From Desulfobacterales bacterium (GTDB lineage Bacteria; Desulfobacterota; Desulfobacteria; Desulfobacterales; UBA5616), in NCBI GenBank assembly GCA_046483495.1, contig JAWODC010000064.1, positions 55,892-119,891 of the forward strand: 64,000 bases of DNA. The letters run 5' to 3'. The position numbers and the translations under genes are program-made. Positions 1 through 10,149 of this stretch are shown piece after piece. The notes beneath the pieces were generated by a model, which saw only the letters and a program-made list of their open reading frames with translations, had not been told where the DNA came from and did no database searches. Position 1 is the first letter of the stretch. Every line of letters begins with the position of its first letter.

Positions 1-822
1 CGTTTTGTCGATGCGTGGAAATTCGCCGAGCTGTTTGCGCTTCACCAAATCAGCCAATACCTCCGTGTAGTGCAGCACCTCGAATCGGCCCCCGAATTCC
101 GGATATCGATTTTTAAACACGTGGTACGAATGCGGTGACAGAACGATAATTTTGCCGACCCCCAGTTCGGCAAACTGTTCGATATTTTTACGGGCGATGG
201 ATTCGAAAAGAGCGTCTTCTCCCAATAAGTCGACCTCGTTGCCGTCGGTGATTTCTTTTTCCCCCAAAACACCGAAAGATATGCCGCCTGCACTGAGGAT
301 ATCCCCCAATGCCCGGGCGGCGGACTGCGCACGGGTGTCATAGGATCCTTCACACCCGACATAAAAAAGAAATTCCTGGCCCCGGTACGGTTGAAAGTCT
401 TTTCCTTCCATCCACCCGGTCCGCCGTTTTGCGGATATGCCATAGGGATTGCCGTATTTTTGAACATTGTTTAAAAATTTCTTCACCATCGGCGGAAGAA
501 GCCCCATATCAACCATTTCAGTTTTTGCGGCGGTCACCATATTTACGATGTCGTCGCTGAAGCTCAAGGGGCATTTTTCAACACAATTTTTACAGGCGGT
601 ACAGGCGTAGACGATCTCCGCCAAATGCTCGGACCACTCCAGTTCCCCATTGACCCAGGCCCTGATCAGCCACAACCGGCCCCCGGTCGAGTAGCTCTCC
701 AGCCGGAACCGGGCATATGCGGGACAATTCGTAATGTCGCTCCAGTCGGTTGGGAATTTGCAGTACCCGCACCTGAAACATCGGTGGATCATATCGTGGT
801 ATTTATAGTTCGTAAGGGCCAT
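1..822 (-). CDS. (Fe-S)-binding HdrD/GlcF-like protein (N-terminal 4Fe-4S motifs plus CCG domain); 3' end runs off the window; absent from the ORF track
   Basis: Manual translation from ATG 822 (TAATG overlap with the upstream stop, RBS GGAGG): MALTNYKYHDMIHRCFRCGYCK...CTACKNCVEKCP...GNPYG...FYVGCEGSYD...SPHSYH. Frame stays open to base 1. Confidence 0.85.
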   Translation of the reverse strand, partial: MALTNYKYHDMIHRCFRCGYCKFPTDWSDITNCPAYARFRLESYSTGGRLWLIRAWVNGELEWSEHLAEIVYACTACKNCVEKCPLSFSDDIVNMVTAAKTEMVDMGLLPPMVKKFLNNVQKYGNPYGISAKRRTGWMEGKDFQPYRGQEFLFYVGCEGSYDTRAQSAARALGDILSAGGISFGVLGEKEITDGNEVDLLGEDALFESIARKNIEQFAELGVGKIIVLSPHSYHVFKNRYPEFGGRFEVLHYTEVLADLVKRKQLGEFPRIDKT

Positions 823-2180
823 TATTTCACCTCCCAGTTTCCAGGGTTCATGATGCCGTTGGGATCGAGCAGATGCTTTACTTTTTTCATCAGCGCAAGC
901 GTATTGGGATCCATGCCCTTCATCATCAGTTCCTGGCCGAAGACCGCAGGTTTCCAGATAACGCCTCCAAGTTCCATCACCAGTTCATCGGTTTCATGTA
1001 AGGCTTCACGGGCATGGCGGACGGTTTCGTCGTCAGCACGGTTGAAGGCGTATGACCAGGAAAACATCATGGCATGGGCGCATCCGATGACACGGCCCAG
1101 AATTGTATATGGTATGAAATGACGTGTGGATATTTCGGCACCCCGGCGGTAGCATTCCGGGTAAGCCGAGACCGGCACGATCGATCCGACATACTCGAAT
1201 CCGCCCCCTTTTTTCCAGTCGGAGGATTTGCTTACCTGAGGCCGCTGTATCTCCTGGGAGACTGCCGCAATACCGCCTTTGCCGGATTCGATATAGGGTG
1301 CAAGCTTGACATCGAATATCAGCTGCCGTTTCAGTTCCATCTCCTCTTTCGAGTCCCCGCTTATGTTGATGCTGATGTGGTGCAGCCGGTCGGAAAACGG
1401 AGGAATGGCCGCACTGAATGCCACCAGGTCCTCGGTCATGCCTAGGTGGGACAATTCAAAAAGAATCTCCGGAACGAGTGCTTCGTCTTCCACGACAAAA
1501 ATATCCGTATCGCGGATCTTCTTATAGGGAAACAGCTTCAACGACACTTTCGTGATGATTCCAGTAGCACCGTTCCAGCCTAAGAACAGTCCGATGTCCG
1601 GCAGGGGATGAAGCGTGAACCAGTCGGCGCCGACCGCACAGCTCCCGAAAGTGCAGATCTCTCCCGTGGGGAGGACGACTTCCATCCCATTGATCATATC
1701 GGTGTTGAATCCGTAAGGATGGGCCAAATCCCCCTGGCCATGAATGGCCAAATTGCCGCCAATCGTGGCTGCCGGAGGTGCGCCGGGTTCTGAGTGCATG
1801 AGGTTGGGATGGTGCTTGTGCAGGTAGGCGGTCAGCTTTCCATGGGAAGCTCCGGCTTCAACCACGGCGTATCGGGCTTTTTCGTTAACCTCGAGAATGC
1901 CGTCCATACGTTTTAAATCCACAGCGATACCGCCTTTGAGCGGGAGAGCCAGTCCGGCGAGAGACATTCCCCCGCCCAGTGGAACAACAGGGATATTTGC
2001 CTCGTTGGCCAGTTTAAGGATGCGGCTGACCTGTTCGGCGGATTTCGGCGCAGCCACATAATCCGGCCACATAGGCTCGGATGTTCCCAGGTCCTTGGAA
2101 TAGGTAAAGAGTTCCTCCCGCTGTTGTGACGCATACCCATCCCCGACAATCTCCACGATCGCGCGATACGTTTTATCCAT
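822..2180 (-). CDS. FAD-binding oxidoreductase, GlcD/D-lactate dehydrogenase (VAO) family
   Basis: 452 aa with PLGGGMSLAG, ATIGGN, MEVVLPTGE, GATGIITK and C-terminal DPNGIMNPG motifs. Confidence 0.85.
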   Translation of the reverse strand: MDKTYRAIVEIVGDGYASQQREELFTYSKDLGTSEPMWPDYVAAPKSAEQVSRILKLANEANIPVVPLGGGMSLAGLALPLKGGIAVDLKRMDGILEVNEKARYAVVEAGASHGKLTAYLHKHHPNLMHSEPGAPPAATIGGNLAIHGQGDLAHPYGFNTDMINGMEVVLPTGEICTFGSCAVGADWFTLHPLPDIGLFLGWNGATGIITKVSLKLFPYKKIRDTDIFVVEDEALVPEILFELSHLGMTEDLVAFSAAIPPFSDRLHHISINISGDSKEEMELKRQLIFDVKLAPYIESGKGGIAAVSQEIQRPQVSKSSDWKKGGGFEYVGSIVPVSAYPECYRRGAEISTRHFIPYTILGRVIGCAHAMMFSWSYAFNRADDETVRHAREALHETDELVMELGGVIWKPAVFGQELMMKGMDPNTLALMKKVKHLLDPNGIMNPGNWEVK

Positions 2181-2182
2181 TA

Positions 2183-3232
2183 TTAACTCCCTCCACTTGC
2201 TTTTTCACCGATGGCGAGTCTGCACAAATCGCTCATAAACAGGGGCAAAATTCCGTTTTCAGCAACCTTTTTGCCCAGCGTTTCCACGCAAGCCGGGCAG
2301 TTGAAAACGCATATTTGCGCCCCGGCTTCTTTCATATCGTCGATATTTTTTTCCTGAAGCTCCATTGCCAATCGTCGGCTTCCTTTTCGTTTCTGACCCA
2401 GTATGGTCCCGCCGCAGCAAAGCGCGTTTTCGCCAATGTACTTGCGCTGAACATGCTCGACGCCGATAAGGTCGAAAATCCTGTCAACGAACACATACTT
2501 GTCCGAAGACAATCTCGAGGAGCAGGGCCGCTGATAAGCAACCTTGAGGTGCAGCGGCTTGATCTCATCTTTCAATTCGACCAGCCGGTGATAAAGATAC
2601 TCGAACAAATGAATGGACGTAAAAGGCACCTCGATGCCGAAAGCCGGTGCATAGTGGGCGTAGGTTCCATAGCACTCGTCATGAAAGTGAACCACCTCTT
2701 TAACCTTATGCGCGGCAATCGTCTCGATAACTTTTTCCAGCCGTTCGTTAATAACGGAAGTCCTGGCAAAGTGCAGGTACATGAGTTGGCAGAAATAATG
2801 AAACATCTTTCGGGGATCGGTTGACATCAAGGTGAGGTTTTCGAAAAGGCGCCCCTGCGTGAATCCGGCCAGGTTGCTGAACACGCCCAGATTGAGTGCC
2901 GTCCCGCGGATTTCGGAAATCTCCGGCTCACCGCGAAACGGTATGCCGACCTGCACCCCGCGCTTCACCAGGGGATCCGGCAATGGGGGCACATTCAATT
3001 CCTCCTGGCGTTGAACGATCAGGTAAAAAGGGTGATTACCCCTTTGGCAGTATTCTTCACACGCATAGCAGGTCACACATTCGTGAAGGACAAAAGAGTC
3101 TTCTTTGTTGATGATTTTTTGGATTTCGACTTTTGCCTCAGCCGCATCGATGGAAATGTATTGGCATTTCGTCAGACAGTCATTGGTTTCACATTCCAGG
3201 CATTTATTTTCGTCAAATTTCAATGTAATCAT
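2183..3232 (-). CDS. (Fe-S)-binding CCG-domain protein
   Basis: N-terminal CLEC...C...C and CVTCYACEEYC motifs; YQRPC, LCCGG and FNCPAC CCG motifs; RBS GGAGG. Confidence 0.85.
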   Translation of the reverse strand: MITLKFDENKCLECETNDCLTKCQYISIDAAEAKVEIQKIINKEDSFVLHECVTCYACEEYCQRGNHPFYLIVQRQEELNVPPLPDPLVKRGVQVGIPFRGEPEISEIRGTALNLGVFSNLAGFTQGRLFENLTLMSTDPRKMFHYFCQLMYLHFARTSVINERLEKVIETIAAHKVKEVVHFHDECYGTYAHYAPAFGIEVPFTSIHLFEYLYHRLVELKDEIKPLHLKVAYQRPCSSRLSSDKYVFVDRIFDLIGVEHVQRKYIGENALCCGGTILGQKRKGSRRLAMELQEKNIDDMKEAGAQICVFNCPACVETLGKKVAENGILPLFMSDLCRLAIGEKASGGS

Positions 3233-3418
3233 GAACGAACCTCCTAATGGACGCTGTTTACGGTCATTGATCCCCCGGATTCAGGGCGAATCCAACGTTC
3301 CTGACCCCACACCGTTCCGGCTGCCGAAGCAATGATCCGCGGATGTCCTTTTCGGCGTCGGCGGCACTTTAAAGAGAGAGGTCGAACTGCAGCACCCTTG
3401 TGTCGGCAACGGTGCGGT

Positions 3419-4345
3419 TCAATCCAGGTCAAGTAAATTTTTGGCATTCCCCCCGAGGATGGCGGAAACTTCCGCATGGGAGAAGGATATCCCGTGGGGA
3501 GCTTTTTCCGGCAGATCCCGAATCAGGGCGATCCAATCCCCGGCGGGACGAATGACTCTCATAATGGGATCGTCCGTGGCGAAAAGAATCTTTTCAACAC
3601 CCACAAAGTCGATGATATCACGAAGTTCCCGACAAAAAAGATCGTATTTTGCGATCGCATATGTATCCCACATGGCCAGATCACCGTATAAGTTCGGCTG
3701 GTGAGTCGCCAGCGAGGCCCATGACCGCCAGTTGATCAGCCCCATGTGCGCGGCAATCACCCTTACTTCAGGAAAATCCACCCCGATATCCGCCAGTCGC
3801 ATCGGTTCGGCAAAGTGGGCTCGTGACGGCGGCCCCAATGGTCCGGTATGGGAGAGAAGAATGCCGTTCTCGGCAGCTAAAATCTCGAGCAGTCGGTAGG
3901 ATTCACGGCCGGCCGGATCATATCCGTAATCGGCGTGATATTTGAGCCCTTTCATACCGAACGCTTCAAAGCATTTTTTGAGCAGGTCGGGAGCGTTCGG
4001 ACGCCTCGGATCCACACCGGCCAATGCCATGACCCGTTTGGGATATTTCTGCGCAACGGCGGCGACCATTTGGTTTTGCATGAGCATCATTTCTTCGGTG
4101 ATATGGCCGCTGTCCGAGTTGTCGACGGCACAGACAACGGTAAAATCGATGCCGGCGGCATCCATCGCGGCGATGAGTTTGTCGCCATCCGGGTCGGACC
4201 AGTATTCCGTCGCTTTCGCCGTGAGGTCGGCCATATCCACGTTCATGCCGATAAGCTTGGCCGATCGAATCGGATCTTTCAGCACTTCAGATATCAGTTC
4301 TTCAGGAATAAAGGGAATCTGGTGGTAATGAACATCGACAATCAT
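3419..4345 (-). CDS. Amidohydrolase family protein (Amidohydro_2)
   Basis: Start set to ATG 4345 after GGAGG; DVHYH, GLKYH, HTG, AAHMG and ILFATDDP motifs. Confidence 0.85.
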   Translation of the reverse strand: MIVDVHYHQIPFIPEELISEVLKDPIRSAKLIGMNVDMADLTAKATEYWSDPDGDKLIAAMDAAGIDFTVVCAVDNSDSGHITEEMMLMQNQMVAAVAQKYPKRVMALAGVDPRRPNAPDLLKKCFEAFGMKGLKYHADYGYDPAGRESYRLLEILAAENGILLSHTGPLGPPSRAHFAEPMRLADIGVDFPEVRVIAAHMGLINWRSWASLATHQPNLYGDLAMWDTYAIAKYDLFCRELRDIIDFVGVEKILFATDDPIMRVIRPAGDWIALIRDLPEKAPHGISFSHAEVSAILGGNAKNLLDLD

Positions 4346-4514
4346 GGGGTTACCTCCGGAAGAGGATTGCAGGTTCACATTTCGGGGTTCACCGCCGCGG
4401 TTTGGGCATGAGAGAAATCGAGGCCCGGCTACGGCGTCTTGGCAAGCGTTTTTTGAACCATACCACAACCAATTAAAAGATCAAGCAATTAAACATCAGC
4501 CGTATGCGTCGAAT

Positions 4515-4543
4515 TTGACAAGACACGCATAATCACATAGCAT
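4515..4543 (+). promoter_or_regulatory. Putative sigma70 promoter
   Basis: TTGACA-N17-TAGCAT upstream of AGGAG and ATG 4572. Confidence 0.55.
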
Positions 4544-4571
4544 GTAGACAGCCGATCACAAGGAGACGATT

Positions 4572-5318
4572 ATGGCAAACGGCAATATCCATACGGAGAG
4601 ATTCACGCTTGTGAGCGAGGGGCTTCGTTTAAAAGGTTTTTGGGCCCGGCCTCGAGATGCAGCCGGACCTCTGGCGACCGTGCAGGTGCATCACGGCGGA
4701 GGGGGATATGAAACGGTGTATGAAGACATGGCCGTCGAATACGCCCGCGAAGGCATGGTCGGGGTTACGCTGATTCATCGGGGCTATGCCGGATCCGAAG
4801 GAGAAATGGAGTATGGCAAAGGTGAAATACGGGATATAAAAAACCTTACCGACAAACTGATCGAACAGCCGTTTGTGGACCCCTTACGGCTGGGGATCAT
4901 GGGATACTCCAGAGGAGGCCACAACGCCGTTTTGGCAATTGAACACATCGGCCGTTTCGCCGCCGGCGCGCTGTGGAGTACGCCTGTGGACATGAGGGAA
5001 TTGATCCGTTCCGTTCCCTGGGTCTCCCGGATTATCGGCGGGTCATGCGACGATATACCCCACGAATACGATATCCGGTCTTCGATCAACTATGTAGACA
5101 AAATCACCTGCCCGTTGCTTATCCTGCACGGCGAACAGGACGATGTCGTTTCGGTTGAGCATGCCGTAAGGCTGGCCCGTGCACTGGAAGCACGTCACAA
5201 GCCGTACGAGTTGACCCTCTTCCCGGGTGAAGGCCATAACTGGACGCTTAGAGGATTTGAGAACAACCGCCGAATGACAACGGCCTTCTTCAAACGCTGT
5301 CTACGTGTCGAAGGATAA
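4572..5318 (+). CDS. Alpha/beta hydrolase, S9 peptidase-like
   Basis: HGG, GYSRGG nucleophile elbow, LILHGEQDDVV and EGH motifs. Confidence 0.85.
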   Translation: MANGNIHTERFTLVSEGLRLKGFWARPRDAAGPLATVQVHHGGGGYETVYEDMAVEYAREGMVGVTLIHRGYAGSEGEMEYGKGEIRDIKNLTDKLIEQPFVDPLRLGIMGYSRGGHNAVLAIEHIGRFAAGALWSTPVDMRELIRSVPWVSRIIGGSCDDIPHEYDIRSSINYVDKITCPLLILHGEQDDVVSVEHAVRLARALEARHKPYELTLFPGEGHNWTLRGFENNRRMTTAFFKRCLRVEG

Positions 5319-6047
5319 GATCCGCGACACAAACGCCGGCTTTCCGCTCGTCTCGTTTTTGCCCATGATGTCCCACAAGCCCCTCTCCTGATGGGACTCG
5401 ATGACGAGCTCCACCTCATCCTTTTCAAATATCTCCGAAAGATAAGTCATTTGCAGGTGCCGAACCCGCCTCGGCCTCTCGGATATCAGGTGATGTGCAT
5501 CGACGGCCCACCTGACACATTCCGTATTGTTTACATGACCGTTTGCGTCCAGTGAACTGTACAATACGGGGAATCGATGGACGGAGTTTCCCGAAAGCAA
5601 GGGTTTGAGGCGGTTTAATTTGTCTGCGAAGACGGTCTCGGCCGATGCGGGGATATTCAAATCGAAAGCGGTAAGCTTCATCGGTTTTCGATTTTCTGTA
5701 TGCATGATAAGCCATTCCGAACCGGCTTTCAGCAGTTTTTTCCCATCCTTGAGCGATACGGCGAATTCTCTTTGGGCGATAAGCCGGTTTTGCAGGCTGG
5801 GCCATGTTCTGACTTCAAAAACATCGGAATAAACGGGAAAGTCATACACCGCCATTTTGATGTTATACAGCACCCAGCACGAATGTGAATGCTTAAGAAC
5901 CGCTGCACCACAGCCCAGCGCCTCGGCATGAGACACAGCCGTCTCCTGGAGATATTTCACCATGGCATGCAAATGAATTCTACCGTCAGGCCGGCATTCA
6001 TGCGATTTCACTGAATAGGAATACGAAAGTATACAATGCCTTTTCAT
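5301..6047 (-). CDS. Acyl-ACP/acyl-CoA thioesterase
   Basis: YLQETA..HA, VRTWP and LDANGHVNN motifs. Confidence 0.85.
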   Translation of the reverse strand: MKRHCILSYSYSVKSHECRPDGRIHLHAMVKYLQETAVSHAEALGCGAAVLKHSHSCWVLYNIKMAVYDFPVYSDVFEVRTWPSLQNRLIAQREFAVSLKDGKKLLKAGSEWLIMHTENRKPMKLTAFDLNIPASAETVFADKLNRLKPLLSGNSVHRFPVLYSSLDANGHVNNTECVRWAVDAHHLISERPRRVRHLQMTYLSEIFEKDEVELVIESHQERGLWDIMGKNETSGKPAFVSRILSFDT

Positions 6048-6275
6048 GGTTCAGGTCCGCGACAAAATGAACGCGGCTTTCGTTTTTTCATCGAAGGACC
6101 GAGCGGCTTGGCCGTTTGCCGGCTCGGGTGACCCAAACCTACCACATGTCATCGAGATACAAAACAAAAATTCCATTTCCAGCTTCGGGCTCATGGTGCA
6201 ACAGTTCAGGCATCATTATATGTCGAACGGCCCAAACCGTGTTGTCATGAAGACCGATCGTTAAATCAATAACGC

Positions 6276-6304
6276 TTGACACATTAAACGAAGACTCCTA
6301 TATC
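6276..6304 (+). promoter_or_regulatory. Putative sigma70 promoter for the acyl-CoA dehydrogenase operon
   Basis: TTGACA-N17-TATATC. Confidence 0.45.
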
Positions 6305-6573
6305 TTTTCATTGGAAATCTAAGGGCTTTCTCGATGCATGGTTTTCCGAACGGATGGATATCGTCCGGTGCACGAAAACTTCCGGGTTTCAGCCCTCATA
6401 AGCGGAAGAACGGTAAATCCCATGTTCTTTTTACAACATTCCGACACTTTAAAATACCCGTTTACAGCATCAGGTGTGCATAGGCTCGAACATAGCCGCC
6501 GCAACCGAATCGATGGGCAACCGCAGGCCGTTTGCATTAGACGGCATATAACCTTTAGCGGAAGGAGGCCAGA

Positions 6574-7839
6574 ATGGACTTTGATATTCCAAAAGAAATC
6601 GCCGATTACCTGAATGAACTGGACGAATTCATTGAACGTGAAATCAAGCCCTTAGAACGTCAGGATGACAATATCCGCTTTTTCGACTACCGGCGGGAAA
6701 ATGAACGCACGGACTGGGACAGGGGCGGTCTGCCCAGCGAAAATTGGGAGGCCTTGCTGGCGGAAGCCCGGCGGCGGGCCGATGCCGCAGGGCATTACCG
6801 ATATCCCTTCCCGGAAGAATACGGCGGCAGGAACGGGACCAATCTCGGCATGGCCATCATTCGTGAACATCTCGCTGCCAAGGGTCTGGGGCTTCACAAC
6901 GATCTTCAAAACGAGCACTCCATCGTAGGCAACAATGTGGGGCTGCTCCTGATGATCGAATACGGCACCGAATCCCAGAAAGAAAAATGGATCGACGATC
7001 TGGCCGATGGAAAAACCGCCTTCGCTTTCGGCATAACCGAACCCAACCATGGTTCGGATGCAACTCATATGGAAACCGTTGCCGTCAGAGACGGTGACGA
7101 CTGGGTCATCAATGGAGAAAAAACCTGGAACACCGGCGTTCACAGGGCTCCCTACGATCTGGTGTTCGCCCGCACAAGCGGAAAAGCCGGAGATGCAAAA
7201 GGCATCACGGCGTTTTTAACACCGATGAATGCCCCCGGGGTCAAGGTGGAACAGATGCTCTGGACGTTCAACATGCCGACCGACCACGGGCACGTATCGT
7301 TTACGGATGTTCGGGTCCCGGATGACGCCATTTTCGGCGGAGAAGGCCGTGGACTGATGGTGGTGCAGCATTTTTTCAACGAAAACCGCATTCGTCAGGC
7401 CGCATCCAGTCTGGGAGCCGCCCAGTACTGCATCAACGAGTCGGTCAAATATGCCAAGGAACGAAAACCTTTCGGCAAACCCCTTGCCGTGAACCAGGGG
7501 ATTCAATTTCCCTTGGTCGAGCTGCAGACCCAATGCGAGATGGTCCGGGCGCTGATTCATAAGACCGCCTGGATGATGGATAAATACGGGGCCTTTTCAG
7601 TATCGGACAAGGTCTCCATGTGCAACTACTGGGCCAACCGGCTTTGCTGCCAAGCGGCGGACACCGCCATGCAGGTGCACGGCGGTATCGGGTATTCCCG
7701 GTACAAACCGTTTGAGCATATCTACCGGCATCATCGGCGCTACCGAATCACCGAAGGCGCGGAGGAAATCCAAATGCGTCGGGTTGCCGGTTACATGTTC
7801 GGCTTTATGAAACAGCAAAAACCAAAAGGCGTGGAGTAG
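6574..7839 (+). CDS. Acyl-CoA dehydrogenase (LvaC/ACAD10-11-like context)
   Basis: FGITEPNHGSDA, INGEKTW, QVHGGIG and RITEGAEEI motifs; RBS AGGAGG. Confidence 0.92.
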   Translation: MDFDIPKEIADYLNELDEFIEREIKPLERQDDNIRFFDYRRENERTDWDRGGLPSENWEALLAEARRRADAAGHYRYPFPEEYGGRNGTNLGMAIIREHLAAKGLGLHNDLQNEHSIVGNNVGLLLMIEYGTESQKEKWIDDLADGKTAFAFGITEPNHGSDATHMETVAVRDGDDWVINGEKTWNTGVHRAPYDLVFARTSGKAGDAKGITAFLTPMNAPGVKVEQMLWTFNMPTDHGHVSFTDVRVPDDAIFGGEGRGLMVVQHFFNENRIRQAASSLGAAQYCINESVKYAKERKPFGKPLAVNQGIQFPLVELQTQCEMVRALIHKTAWMMDKYGAFSVSDKVSMCNYWANRLCCQAADTAMQVHGGIGYSRYKPFEHIYRHHRRYRITEGAEEIQMRRVAGYMFGFMKQQKPKGVE

Positions 7840-7918
7840 ATCTTTACATGAATGAATCGGCCGAATAAAAGGGGCCCGGTTAACCGGGGATGCCGTTGTG
7901 TTTACGAGGATGAAATAA

Positions 7919-9379
7919 ATGAGTGAGGAAAAAAAGGCAGTCGAAATCAAACCGGATGTGACAGAGGCGGTTCAGGCAGCCCTTGCCCGAAGAATCGACG
8001 GATTTGAAGCGGTGGTCTCGTGTGACCGGTTGTCCGGCGGCGCCAGCCAGGAAACCTATCGCATTGTCATCAGGACCAGGGATGGTGAGCAGAAGCTTGC
8101 CATGCGGCGTGCACCCGCCGGCATTCCAAAACCGGCGGTGGACGGCGGGCCCGGCCTGGCTATGGAGGCGAAGCTGATGCAGCTGGCCAGAGAGGCCGGT
8201 GTTCCCGAACCGGAGGTTCTTTTTGTTGCCGAACCGGAGGACGGGCTTGGCGAAGCGTTCGTGATGGAATGGCTGGACGGCGAAACACTGGGCGCCCGAA
8301 TCGTCCGCTCCGAGGAACTTGCCGGAATACGCCCCCACCTGGCATATCAATGCGGCCGGATTCTGGCAAAAATCCACGCCATCGACCTTAAGAAAACCGG
8401 GCTTGACAAAATGCTGCACACCATGGACCCCGAGGCGATGGTCGAACAAACATGGAACAATTACAAGTACTTGAATACGCCGCAGCCCATGATCGACTTC
8501 GCAGGAAGATGGCTCATGGAGAACCTTCCCAAGAACACCCGGACCACGCTGGTCCATAATGATTTCCGAAACGGCAATATCATGGTGTCCAAAGAAGGCG
8601 TGATTGCTGTTCTGGACTGGGAACTTCCCCATATCGGAGATCCCATGCGCGATTTGGGCTGGATATGCACCAATTCATGGCGGTTCGGAAACAGCGAACT
8701 GCCCGTTGGCGGCTTCGGCCGATACGAAGACCTGTTCCGCGGTTATGAAGAAGTCTCGGGCATCGAGGTTGATCCGTATCATGTCAAGTTCTGGGAAGTC
8801 TTCGGATCCTTCTGGTGGGCCGTGGGATGCCTTCTCATGGCGGAGCATTACAGAAGCGGCCCGGACAAAACCGTTGAAAGGCCGGCGATCGGCCGCCGTT
8901 CGTCGGAATGCCAGGTAGACTGCGTCAACTTGTTGATTCCGGGAGGTGTAACGCTGGTTGAACCGGCGAAAACGCCCACCTCCACGGAAATGCCTCGAAT
9001 CGAGGAACTTGTTGTCAGTGTCCGCGACTTTCTGCGGGATGACATCATGGCCCAAACCAAGGGGCGAACGAATTTTATGGCACGAGTCGCATCCAATTCC
9101 CTGGATATCGTTTTACGGGATCTCACGCTGGGACCTACTCACCGGAAACGGGAGCTCGAGCGGCTCAGGCGACTCTTGTCAACCGACGGGGATTTGGACT
9201 CCCTGCGCTGGAAACTGGTAAACGGCCTTCGAGAAAAGACGATACAATTGGACCAACCGGGACTTTCCGAACACTTGCGCGAATCGGTGGTAAACCAGAT
9301 TGCGATCGATCAGCCCCGCTATTCCGGTTTTAAAACAGCACTGAAAATATCCGCCGATGCCCCCCGCAGGCATCCATGA
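7919..9379 (+). CDS. APH-family phosphotransferase fused to a C-terminal DUF6285/LvaB-like domain
   Basis: LSGGASQET, LVHNDFRNGN, LDWEL.HIGDP..DL; C-terminal ~125 aa EELVVSVRDFL...ARVASNSLDIV...AIDQPRY. Confidence 0.8.
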   Translation: MSEEKKAVEIKPDVTEAVQAALARRIDGFEAVVSCDRLSGGASQETYRIVIRTRDGEQKLAMRRAPAGIPKPAVDGGPGLAMEAKLMQLAREAGVPEPEVLFVAEPEDGLGEAFVMEWLDGETLGARIVRSEELAGIRPHLAYQCGRILAKIHAIDLKKTGLDKMLHTMDPEAMVEQTWNNYKYLNTPQPMIDFAGRWLMENLPKNTRTTLVHNDFRNGNIMVSKEGVIAVLDWELPHIGDPMRDLGWICTNSWRFGNSELPVGGFGRYEDLFRGYEEVSGIEVDPYHVKFWEVFGSFWWAVGCLLMAEHYRSGPDKTVERPAIGRRSSECQVDCVNLLIPGGVTLVEPAKTPTSTEMPRIEELVVSVRDFLRDDIMAQTKGRTNFMARVASNSLDIVLRDLTLGPTHRKRELERLRRLLSTDGDLDSLRWKLVNGLREKTIQLDQPGLSEHLRESVVNQIAIDQPRYSGFKTALKISADAPRRHP

Positions 9380-10149
9380 AACCGGAAGCCATGATCGATG
9401 AACCTTTTATCGAAACCGATGCCCGCATCCATTACCTGGATCCACGGCTTCGCATAATCGCTGCAACGGCCTATGCCTTTTCGGTGGCACTGCTCCAGCG
9501 GTTCGAACCTCTGACGGTTGCTGTCGTGCTGTCCCTGCTGATGATCATCGCGGCCGGTGTGGACATGCGCGCCGTATGTAAGCGCCTGTTGGTGTTCAAC
9601 GGCCTTATTCTGCTGTTTTGGCTGGTGTTGCCGCTGACGTTCACCGGTGAAGCCCTTTATCGCATCGGACCTTTAACCGTTACCCGCCCGGGGGTTATCA
9701 TGGCCGCCAGGATTACACTGAAAGCAAATGCAATCATGCCGGCATTCATTGTCCTGGTTTCCACACTTCCCGTGGCGGAAATAGGCCACGCCCTGGAAAA
9801 GCTCAAGGTGCCGAAAAAGATCGTGCACATCCTCCTGTTGACGTACCGGTATATTTTCGTCATCGAACAGGAATACCAGCGATTACGGCGGGCCATGCGA
9901 GCGAGGGGATTTATTCCGAAAACGAACCTTCACACCTACAAAACGTATGCTTACCTGATCGGTATGATATTCGTTCGTTCGTTGGACCGGGCCCATCGCG
10001 TTCACCAGGCCATGATCTGCAGGGGCTTTAATGGAACATTTCATTCACTGAGACGGTTTTCTTTAAAAACGTCGGATTTTGTTTTTTCAGCGGTTATGGC
10101 CGCCGCTGTCATTGGACTCGAGGTGATGGAATGGTTGCCGATCCGGTGA
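9376..10149 (+). CDS. cbiQ: Cobalt/nickel ECF transporter T component
   Basis: LDPR, LTYRYIFVIEQE..R...AMRARGF and RVHQAMICRGF motifs; hydrophobic. Confidence 0.88.
   Translation: MKPEAMIDEPFIETDARIHYLDPRLRIIAATAYAFSVALLQRFEPLTVAVVLSLLMIIAAGVDMRAVCKRLLVFNGLILLFWLVLPLTFTGEALYRIGPLTVTRPGVIMAARITLKANAIMPAFIVLVSTLPVAEIGHALEKLKVPKKIVHILLLTYRYIFVIEQEYQRLRRAMRARGFIPKTNLHTYKTYAYLIGMIFVRSLDRAHRVHQAMICRGFNGTFHSLRRFSLKTSDFVFSAVMAAAVIGLEVMEWLPIR

Noticed and set aside
7919..9379. Aminoglycoside resistance genes (this ORF and 42096-43163)
   Set aside because: Motifs and context fit acyl-CoA-associated ACAD10/11 or LvaA-type kinases.
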